The notes below the pieces were generated by a model. It searched no databases, was not told the DNA's origin, and saw only the letters and a list, made by a program, of their open reading frames with translations. 24,389 bases of DNA from Ignavibacteria bacterium (GTDB taxonomy: Bacteria > Elusimicrobiota > Endomicrobiia > PHAN01): contig JBGFRZ010000021.1 in assembly GCA_041694835.1 (NCBI GenBank), positions 1 to 24,389 of the forward strand, read 5' to 3'. The translations under genes and the position numbers were made by a program. Positions 1 through 9,260 of the stretch are shown here, piece by piece (positions within the stretch are counted from its first letter, which is position 1; the number at the start of each line of letters is the position of its first letter).

Positions 1-502
1 ACGCTCTCATAATAATGAAATGAGAGATTTTTTTAATAAATCTTTCAGTTCTGTGTCAATGCAAGTTCAAGATAAGGCTATGAATTTATTGTGTCATTAT
101 TCAGCAGGATTTCCTAAAATTATGCACATAATAGGTGATACTGCCTTTTGGTTGGATAGGGACGGAGTTATTGAAGACCATGATGCATTCAGTAGTATTC
201 TTATTTCAACTGAAGAGATTGGCAAAAAATTTGTTGACCAGCAGGTTTATAGTGCATTAAGAAGTAAAGACTATCATTCTATTTTAGAAAAATTAGGAAA
301 AGAAAAATTTGATTTGTCTTTTAATGTTAGAAATATAGAAAAAGGACTTTCTGATACAGAAAAAAAGAAATTTAACAATTTTTTACAAAGGATGAAGAAC
401 TTAAATGTGCTGAAATCTGGTGATGAACGAGGAGAATATATTTTTAATAGCAGATTAGTCCGTCTTTATATTTTTTTGAACTCTGTTAGGAAAGAAAAAT
501 AA
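1..502 (+). CDS. C-terminal part of a probable P-loop/AAA ATP-binding protein (5' end probably outside the window)
   Basis: Frame is open from position 2 to TAA at 500-502. The 'YSAGFPKIMHIIG' segment resembles the post-ATPase GxP helical motif, followed by a winged-helix-like tail (LKSGDERGEYIFNSRLVRLYI). Visibly more AT-rich than the rest of the window. Confidence 0.45.
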   Translation, partial: RSHNNEMRDFFNKSFSSVSMQVQDKAMNLLCHYSAGFPKIMHIIGDTAFWLDRDGVIEDHDAFSSILISTEEIGKKFVDQQVYSALRSKDYHSILEKLGKEKFDLSFNVRNIEKGLSDTEKKKFNNFLQRMKNLNVLKSGDERGEYIFNSRLVRLYIFLNSVRKEK

Positions 503-628
503 AATATACTATGAAAGAATTAACCAGACAAACAGTATGCTTCTTTAAAATCAAAACTTGAAGCCAAACTTGATGAGAAAAAACCCGGCAGGAGAAATAG
601 ATTTTTTAGTTATGGTCTACTGATTTTT

Positions 629-2101
629 ATGTTAAAAAAAATCTTAGTGGCAAATCGTTCAGAAATTGCAATCCGCGTGATGCGCGCGGCACGAGAACTC
701 GGCGTTAAAACTGTCGCTATTCACTCCGATGTCGACTCAATGGCACTTCATGCAAAATACGCCGACGAGACATATCCGCTCGGCGGAAATCATCCGAAGG
801 AAAGTTATCTGAATATCAAAAAAATAATTCAAATAGCCAAAAATTGCGGTGCGGACGCAATCCATCCCGGCTACGGATTTCTTGCCGAAAATCCAAATTT
901 TGCTTACGCCTGCGAGAAGGCAAAAATAAAATTCATAGGGCCGTCAAGCAAAGTCATAGAACTAATGGGAAATAAAATCGTGGCAAGAAAAACAGTCGCC
1001 GCGGCAGGCGCACCGGTAGTTCCCGGAACCACCGACGAAGTCAGGGACATAAAAGAAGCGTCTAAAATAGCAGATAAAATTGGCTACCCCGTGATAATCA
1101 AAGCGGCCGCCGGGGGAGGCGGTATAGGAATGAAAATAGCCGCAAGTCCCCCGGAACTTGAATCCGCCATATCTCAAGCCAAAGCGACTGCCGGCTCGGC
1201 GTTCGGAGATCCGGCGGTATTTATTGAAAAATATGTCACGGAGCCGCGGCACATAGAGTTTCAGTTGCTCGCCGATGAACATGGGAATGTTGTTCACTTG
1301 TGTGAAAGAGAATGCTCGATTCAACGTCGTCATCAAAAACTCATAGAAGAGGCGCCGTCTCCCGTTGTGACTGCTCAACTTAGAAAAAAAATGGGCGGGG
1401 TCGCAGTCAAAATAGCAAAAGCCATAAATTACACCAATGCCGGAACCATTGAGTTTATTTACACACAGGGGAGTTTTTATTTTATGGAGATGAACACCCG
1501 CGTTCAGGTGGAACATCCGATAACCGAAATGATAACCGGTGTGGACATCGTCAAAAATCAAATACGCATCGCTGCGGGAGAAAAACTGGCGCTCAGACAA
1601 GAGGACATAAAAATAAATGGCCACGCTATAGAATGCCGTATAAACGCCGAGGACCCGCTCAATAATTTTGCTCCTTCTCCTGCAAAACTTAAAGGTTATC
1701 GTTCGCCTGGCGGAGTTGGCGTGCGGGTCGATTCCGGTGTTTTCACTTCTTATGCGATACCGTCTTACTATGACCCGATGATATCAAAATTAGTCGTCTG
1801 GGGGCGCGACAGAAACGAAGCGATAGCACGGATGAAGAGAGCGCTTTACGAATACATAATACTCGGGCCTAAAACAAATATTCCGTTTCACAAAGCGGTA
1901 TTGTCGAATGAAACTTTCATAAAAGGCGAACTCTCCACTCATTTTATATCCGAACAAAAGCATCTGCTCGATGAGACGATGAAAATAGCCATAGAGGAAA
2001 AATCGCTTCAGGAAAAACTCGGAAGTATTTTCAAGTCCGATGTGAAAACCGCCGCCGTCTCGGCTGCTTTAAGTGCATATTTGGCGAATAGTAAAAAGTA
2101 G
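629..2101 (+). CDS. accC: Biotin carboxylase subunit (AccC / pyruvate carboxylase subunit A type)
   Basis: KKILVANRSEIA, AIHPGYGFLAEN, GGGGIGM, ERECSIQRRHQK, EMNTRVQVEH, ECRINAEDP and YYDPMISK motifs of ATP-grasp biotin carboxylases. Confidence 0.93.
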   Translation: MLKKILVANRSEIAIRVMRAARELGVKTVAIHSDVDSMALHAKYADETYPLGGNHPKESYLNIKKIIQIAKNCGADAIHPGYGFLAENPNFAYACEKAKIKFIGPSSKVIELMGNKIVARKTVAAAGAPVVPGTTDEVRDIKEASKIADKIGYPVIIKAAAGGGGIGMKIAASPPELESAISQAKATAGSAFGDPAVFIEKYVTEPRHIEFQLLADEHGNVVHLCERECSIQRRHQKLIEEAPSPVVTAQLRKKMGGVAVKIAKAINYTNAGTIEFIYTQGSFYFMEMNTRVQVEHPITEMITGVDIVKNQIRIAAGEKLALRQEDIKINGHAIECRINAEDPLNNFAPSPAKLKGYRSPGGVGVRVDSGVFTSYAIPSYYDPMISKLVVWGRDRNEAIARMKRALYEYIILGPKTNIPFHKAVLSNETFIKGELSTHFISEQKHLLDETMKIAIEEKSLQEKLGSIFKSDVKTAAVSAALSAYLANSKK

Positions 2102-2246
2102 CAAGTAGATAATAGCGGGTAGATAAGGCAGGGAGTAGTTGCAAACGCCTGGTCTGTCAGTCAATCGGCATTGTAAGACGATGATGCTACAACAATACAA
2201 CCATGCACTCGCTATCGCATATTGTAGAGGCGTGGGCAATGCCGAG

Positions 2247-2289
2247 ATTGGGAAATTTGGAAATTGGGAAATTTTGAAGTCGGAAATTG
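2247..2289. repeat. Degenerate 8-nt tandem repeat (ATTKGGAA)
   Basis: attgggaa atttggaa attgggaa attttgaa gtcggaa attg. Confidence 0.75.
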
Positions 2290-2322
2290 ACTGGATAGCA
2301 TCGGGCTCTTGAACTTACGGTC

Positions 2323-2351
2323 TTGATTTTTTATTAAAAATTTTGTTTAAT
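2323..2351 (+). promoter_or_regulatory. Putative sigma70 promoter of the rib operon
   Basis: TTGATT (2323-2328), a 17-nt spacer, then TTTAAT (2346-2351). This places the start about 2358, just 5' of riboswitch P1. Confidence 0.45.
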
Positions 2352-2396
2352 ATATTGATGCTCTTCGGGGCGGGGTGAAAATCCCCACTGGCGGTT

Positions 2397-2468
2397 CGCC
2401 TCGTTAGAGAACGCCGCGCCTTTAGGCACGACTTCAGTCGCTTGAGGCGACTTTCCTCTAACGGGGTC
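2397..2468. mobile_element. Palindromic-end element (CCCCGTTAGA/TCTAACGGGG family), copy 1, in the riboswitch P3 loop
   Basis: Ends cgcctcgttagag ... ctctaacggggtc, flanked by TT and AA. Core 2402-2467 is identical to 2536-2601. Confidence 0.8.
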
Positions 2469-2530
2469 AAAGTCCGCGAGCTTTGACATTACGTCGGGGC
2501 CGAATCTGTGCAATTCAGATACCAACGGTT

Positions 2531-2602
2531 CATCCCGTTAGAGAACGCCGCGCCTTTAGGCACGACTTCAGTCGCTTGAGGCGACTTTCCTCTAACGGGG
2601 TT
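2531..2602. mobile_element. Palindromic-end element, copy 2, in the riboswitch P6 loop
   Basis: Ends catcccgttagag ... ctctaacggggtt, flanked by TT and AA. The 66-bp core is identical to copy 1. Confidence 0.8.
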
Positions 2603-2666
2603 AAAGTCCGGATGGAAGAAGAGAGTGCGTCCGACGTATATCTGCCGCGATTGTTGCAAAGAAATT

Positions 2667-2700
2667 ACCCCGAAGATATTTCTTCGGGGTTTTTTATTTT
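2667..2700 (+). terminator. Intrinsic terminator, expression platform of the FMN riboswitch
   Basis: ACCCCGAAGA-tatt-TCTTCGGGGT followed by a T-run. The 5' arm CCCCGAAGA is complementary to the aptamer 5' strand TCTTCGGGG (2362-2370), giving an antiterminator. Confidence 0.92.
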
Positions 2701-2786
2701 ACCCCGTCAGAAATTATGAAGCGCTTTAAGAAGAAATTAAAAGTTTCTCTGAACATCACAAACCATAGGAGATTTCTAACGGGGTT
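2700..2786. mobile_element. Palindromic-end element, copy 3 (different interior), between the terminator and the ribD start
   Basis: accccgtcagaaat (2701-2714) ... atttctaacggggt (2772-2785), a 13/14 inverted match. Confidence 0.75.
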
Positions 2787-2787
2787 T

Positions 2788-3867
2788 ATGGCAAAAGAAA
2801 ATCTTGAAAAATATATGAAAATGGCGCTCAACCTTGCAAAAAAAGGAGATGGTAAAGTTGAACCCAATCCTTATGTAGGTTGCGTCATTGTTAAAAACAA
2901 AAGAGTCGTTTCGGCGGGATATCATAAATTTTTCGGTGGTCCTCATGCGGAGGTTTTGGCGATAAAAAAATTAAAAAGAACCCCGCAACTTCTTAAAGGT
3001 TCAACTTTATTTGTAAATCTCGAGCCTTGTTGCCACACAAACAAGAAAACGCCACCATGCGTTCCGCTGATATTGCAGTCGGGCATTAGCGCGGTTGTAA
3101 TCGGAATAAAAGATCCGAACTTTGATGTTAATGGCAAAGGGATAAGACGCTTGAAAGCGGGAGGCTTAAAGTGTAAAATTGGAGTCATGGAAAACGAAGC
3201 GAAAGAATTAAATAAAGTTTATATAAAAAATATCACAAAAAAAATGCCGTATATTATAATGAAATCGGCGATGACGCTCGACGGAAAGATAGCCACAAAG
3301 ACGGGTGATTCGAAGTGGATATCGTCGGCGATGTCGCGAAAATATGTCCACAAACTGAGAACATCCGTAGATGCCATTTTGGTCGGAGTGGAAACAATAA
3401 TAAATGACGACCCGCTACTTGATTCGCATGGTTTAGGTAGAGACCCGTTGCGAATTGTTATTGACCCCGATTTCAGGATACCAAAAAATTCAAAAGTTAT
3501 GAGTGATAACGGAAGAACACTCATCGTCACGTCGAAAAAATCCGCGTCATCAAAAAAAGAAATCCTCAGTATAAACTCGAAGAATGGTATTATTGATTTT
3601 AAAATTTTGCTTGGTAAACTTTATGAAAAAGGAATAAATAATATTCTCATTGAGGGCGGCGGAACGACGAATTGGAATGCCATAAAATCAGGTGTTGTCG
3701 ACGAGGTTCTGTTTTTCATCGCTCCCAAAATCGTGGGAGGAATTGACGCAAAGACGGCTATTGAGGGTGAAGGGATTAAAGAAGTTTCGAAAGCCATAAA
3801 GATAGTGATGGCGGAGAGTTTCAATATCGGCGGCGATATAGTTATAAAGGGGAAAGTTAGTAGGTAG
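2788..3867 (+). CDS. ribD: Bifunctional diaminohydroxyphosphoribosylaminopyrimidine deaminase / reductase
   Basis: PNPYVGCVIV, HAE, LEPCCH..KTPPC zinc motifs, TLDGKIAT, LIEGGG. Start placed at ATG 2788 because the upstream 2716 extension is repeat-derived. Confidence 0.95.
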   Translation: MAKENLEKYMKMALNLAKKGDGKVEPNPYVGCVIVKNKRVVSAGYHKFFGGPHAEVLAIKKLKRTPQLLKGSTLFVNLEPCCHTNKKTPPCVPLILQSGISAVVIGIKDPNFDVNGKGIRRLKAGGLKCKIGVMENEAKELNKVYIKNITKKMPYIIMKSAMTLDGKIATKTGDSKWISSAMSRKYVHKLRTSVDAILVGVETIINDDPLLDSHGLGRDPLRIVIDPDFRIPKNSKVMSDNGRTLIVTSKKSASSKKEILSINSKNGIIDFKILLGKLYEKGINNILIEGGGTTNWNAIKSGVVDEVLFFIAPKIVGGIDAKTAIEGEGIKEVSKAIKIVMAESFNIGGDIVIKGKVSR

Positions 3868-3895
3868 TAGATAGGGGATAGCGACTGGCAACTGG
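3858..3895. repeat. Degenerate heptamer array overlapping the ribD stop
   Basis: tagtagg tagtaga tagggga tagcgac tggcaac tgg. The 16-mer gggatagcgactggca (3875-3890) recurs 15/16 at 21433-21448. Confidence 0.55.
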
Positions 3896-3918
3896 AGGAA
3901 ACGAGCCACTTTCTTTAT

Positions 3919-4551
3919 ATGTTCACTGGAATAATCGAAGACATTGGTGTTCTTGAAAAAATAGACGATTCGCGATGTGTTGTTGCGACGAAGCTAAAGG
4001 ACATCAAAATCGGCGATAGCATTTCCGTCAACGGCATTTGTCTGACGGTTTCTGTTTTTTCGCCTTTAACCCCTATCAGCCGCCTTTTAACATTCGATAT
4101 TTCGGAAGAAACATTAAACAGGACCGCTCTCAAGAATTTAAAAAAAGGCGATATGATCAATCTCGAACGGGCGATGAAATACGACGGCAGATTCGGAGGC
4201 CATATTGTTTCCGGCCACGTGGACACAACCGGCAGGATTGAATCCGTCAAAAAACACGGGAATTCGGTTTTGGTCAGCATAAAATCGCCGCTTGAACATA
4301 TAATCGAAAAGGGTTCCGTTGCGATAGACGGCATAAGTTTAACCGTTACATCGCTCGACGAAAATAATTCAACTTTCGATGTTTCTGCGATTCCTCACAC
4401 CATGGCTTGCACAAATCTCAAGCATGCCCGCGCCGGACGAATCGTGAACATAGAGTTCGATATATTGGCAAAATACATCGAAAAGTTTTCGGTTAAAAAA
4501 GAGTTCAAAAAAATAACAAAGGAGTTTTTAAAAAATGCCGGCTTCATCTGA
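3919..4551 (+). CDS. ribE: Riboflavin synthase (alpha chain; RibE/RibC)
   Basis: N-terminal MFTGII, GDSISVNGICLTV, NLERA, GGHIVSGHVD, KGSVAIDGISLTV, VNIEFD. Confidence 0.96.
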   Translation: MFTGIIEDIGVLEKIDDSRCVVATKLKDIKIGDSISVNGICLTVSVFSPLTPISRLLTFDISEETLNRTALKNLKKGDMINLERAMKYDGRFGGHIVSGHVDTTGRIESVKKHGNSVLVSIKSPLEHIIEKGSVAIDGISLTVTSLDENNSTFDVSAIPHTMACTNLKHARAGRIVNIEFDILAKYIEKFSVKKEFKKITKEFLKNAGFI

Positions 4552-5755
4552 AAAATTCAGCTCGATCAAAGAAGCGATTGCAGATATCAAAAAAGGAAAA
4601 ATCATAGTGGTAGTTGACGATCCATCGAGAGAGAACGAGGGAGATCTTGTCTGTGCCGCCTCGGCGGCGGGATTCGAAGCGATAAATTTTATGGCAAAAT
4701 TTGGCCGCGGACTCATCTGCGTTCCAATGCTCCCCGAACGTCTGGATGCCCTGGGTTTGAACCCAATGGTGGAAAGTCCCGAAGAACTTAAAGAGGCGGC
4801 GTTTACTGTTTCGGTCGATGCAAAAAAAAATGTGACGACAGGCATTTCCGCACACGACAGGGCGGTGACGATAAAAACGCTTATCGACGGAAAGACAAAA
4901 CCAGACGATATTGTTAAACCAGGACATGTTTTTCCTTTAAGATACAAAAACGGCGGTGTATTGGTGCGAGCTGGACACACGGAAGCCTCTGTCGACCTGG
5001 CGCGTCTTGCAGGCCTTTACCCCGCGGGGGTCATATGCGAGATAATGAACGAAGATGGTACAATGGCCCGCCTGCCTCAGCTTTTCAAATTTTCAAAAAA
5101 GCACAGATTGAAGTTGGTCACGATAACGGATCTTATCGAGCACAGAAGAAGACATGAAAAACTTGTAAAAAAACTCATAGTCGTCAAACTCCCTACGAAA
5201 TACGGCGAGTTTGAACTTTACCTCTACGAGGATACGGTTAAAATGGAGCATCACATCGCGCTTGTCAAAGGTGCCGTATACGGCAAGAAAGATGTTTTAG
5301 TAAGGGTTCATTCATCATGCACGACGGGCGACATTTTTCACTCTTTAAGATGCGACTGCGGCGAACAACTTGAGAAGGCGCTTTCAAAAATAGAAAAAGA
5401 GAAATCGGGTGTTTTGCTCTATATGCATCAGGAAGGTCGCGGAATCGGACTCAAAAACAAAATGTTGGCTTATCACCTTCAGGAAAAAGGCCTCGATACC
5501 GTCGACGCCAACGTCGCTCTCGGCTTCGCTGCGGATCTGCGGGACTACGGAATAGGCGCGCAAATCCTTTCCGACCTGGGACTGACGAATATCCGTCTTC
5601 TTACAAACAACCCGAGAAAGATAATAGGACTTGAGGGCTATGGTCTCACAGTGTCAAAAAGGATACCTCTTATGGTTTCAGCGAAGTCGCATTTCGCGAA
5701 AAAATATATGCATACGAAAATAAAAAAACTTGGTCACCATTTAGTGGTTGAGTGA
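4535..5755 (+). CDS. ribBA: Bifunctional DHBP synthase / GTP cyclohydrolase II
   Basis: RENEGDL, TTGISAHDRA, PGHVFPL, RAGHTEA, VRVHSSC, RCDCGEQL, QEGRGIGL, LLTNNP. AAGGAG RBS at 4519-4524. Confidence 0.97.
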   Translation: MPASSEKFSSIKEAIADIKKGKIIVVVDDPSRENEGDLVCAASAAGFEAINFMAKFGRGLICVPMLPERLDALGLNPMVESPEELKEAAFTVSVDAKKNVTTGISAHDRAVTIKTLIDGKTKPDDIVKPGHVFPLRYKNGGVLVRAGHTEASVDLARLAGLYPAGVICEIMNEDGTMARLPQLFKFSKKHRLKLVTITDLIEHRRRHEKLVKKLIVVKLPTKYGEFELYLYEDTVKMEHHIALVKGAVYGKKDVLVRVHSSCTTGDIFHSLRCDCGEQLEKALSKIEKEKSGVLLYMHQEGRGIGLKNKMLAYHLQEKGLDTVDANVALGFAADLRDYGIGAQILSDLGLTNIRLLTNNPRKIIGLEGYGLTVSKRIPLMVSAKSHFAKKYMHTKIKKLGHHLVVE

Positions 5756-5787
5756 AGACATTGAATACAATAACAAGGAGGTAAAGT

Positions 5788-6258
5788 ATGGGTAAAGTTT
5801 TTGAAGGGATGATGGACGCCAGGGGAAAGAAGTTCGGGCTCGTTGTTTCTCGTTTCAACGATTTCATCACGCGGAAGCTCCTTGACGGCGCCACGGATTC
5901 GCTGATGCGACACGGCGCCGATGATAAAAACATCGAAGTCGCTTTTGTCCCGGGCTCTTTTGAAATTCCATCGGTTGCAAAAAAAATGGCGAAAAGCAAT
6001 CGATACGACGCTGTGATATGTCTCGGGAGCGTCATAAAAGGCGACACCCCGCACTTCGACTACATCGCTTCCGAGGTCTCGAAGGGGGTGGCGCAACTTT
6101 CTCTTGAAAGTGAGGTCCCCGTAATTTTCGGCGTTATAACAGCCGATTCGCTTGAGCAGGCCATCGAGCGTGCGGGAACAAAGCAGGGCAACAAAGGAAA
6201 AGACGCCGCCGATACGGCCATAGAGATGGCGAATTTATACGAAAATTTGGTAAAATAA
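5788..6258 (+). CDS. ribH: 6,7-dimethyl-8-ribityllumazine synthase
   Basis: [40 protein letters not shown]. Strong AAGGAGG RBS. Confidence 0.97.
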   Translation: MGKVFEGMMDARGKKFGLVVSRFNDFITRKLLDGATDSLMRHGADDKNIEVAFVPGSFEIPSVAKKMAKSNRYDAVICLGSVIKGDTPHFDYIASEVSKGVAQLSLESEVPVIFGVITADSLEQAIERAGTKQGNKGKDAADTAIEMANLYENLVK

Positions 6259-6264
6259 AACATA

Positions 6265-6336
6265 GTGGCTCGTTGTTCGTGACTCGTTGCTCGTGATTTG
6301 TTTTCCTAGAGTCACCAGTCACGAGCAACCAATCAC
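6265..6336. repeat. Inverted pair of heptamer arrays (GTKRCTC)n / (GAGYMAC)n
   Basis: gtggctc gttgttc gtgactc gttgctc gtga ... gagtcac cagtcac gagcaac caatcac, between ribH and nusB. Confidence 0.75.
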
Positions 6337-6340
6337 TTCT

Positions 6341-8760
<2,420 letters not shown>

Positions 8761-8846
8761 TAACGATATTGACCGAGAACACCGATTTTTGCTATCCTCT
8801 TATATCGAAAATTTGCATCTTAAAAATCATCCAGCCAATATTGACA

Positions 8847-9260
8847 ATGTATTACGGAGTAAATCCTAAAAAAGAGGTCGCACTTGAAGAAAAGATGCGA
8901 CGTTTCGGAGTAAAAGAGAGCGACATCATTGAGAAATTCATCCGCGCCGGCGGCCCCGGAGGAGAGCATCTCAACAAGACATCAAGCTGCGTTTATCTGA
9001 AGCACTTGCCGACGGGCATTGAAGTTAAGTGTTCACAAGAACGTTCTCAGACTTTGAATCGATTTCTTGCCCGAAGAATCCTTGCGAACAAAATAGAACA
9101 ACTTATTCTTGGTATAAAAAGCGAAGAGCAAAGAAAGATAGAAAAAATAAAAAGGCAAAAGAGAAAAAGGTCGAAGAGAGCAAAAGAAAAAGTCTTGCGC
9201 GAAAAACACATCATTTCCGATAAGAAGAAGTTGAGGGGAAAAATAAAATCATATGAATAA
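8847..9260 (+). CDS. Peptide chain release factor-like protein (RF-1 domain, ArfB/YaeJ-like) with GGE in place of GGQ
   Basis: EKFIRAGGPGGEHLNKTSSCVYLKHLPTGIEVKCSQERSQTLNRFLAR plus a very basic C-terminal tail; no codon-recognition domain. Confidence 0.88.
   Translation: MYYGVNPKKEVALEEKMRRFGVKESDIIEKFIRAGGPGGEHLNKTSSCVYLKHLPTGIEVKCSQERSQTLNRFLARRILANKIEQLILGIKSEEQRKIEKIKRQKRKRSKRAKEKVLREKHIISDKKKLRGKIKSYE

Larger units (their letters stand above)
2359..2625 (+). ncRNA. FMN riboswitch (RFN element) aptamer, enlarged by two 72-nt insertions
   Basis: All conserved blocks are present in order: CTCTTCGGGGCGGGGTGAAAATCCCCACTGGCGGT ... AAAGTCCGCGAGC ... GCCGAATCTGTGCAATTCAGATACCAACGGT ... AAAGTCCGGATGGAAGAAGAG. 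Lies directly upstream of riboflavin genes. Confidence 0.95.

Noticed and set aside
2455-2543. Integron attC site (TCTAAC ... GTTAGA resembles RYYYAAC ... GTTRRRY)
   Set aside because: The intervening sequence is riboswitch core, no L boxes are evident, and there are no cassette ORFs or integrase. The similarity is limited to the core words.
2402-2601. Direct repeat as a CRISPR array
   Set aside because: Only two 66-bp units; the 'spacer' is the conserved P4-P5 part of the FMN aptamer; no cas genes in the window.
2359-2625. Tandem (double) FMN riboswitch
   Set aside because: Each conserved block occurs once in the order of a single aptamer; the duplication is limited to the inserts and the natural P3/P6 pseudo-symmetry.
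2334-2719. ORFs 2334-2525 (-) and 2483-2719 (+)
   Set aside because: They run through the riboswitch and palindromic inserts and have no recognisable protein features.
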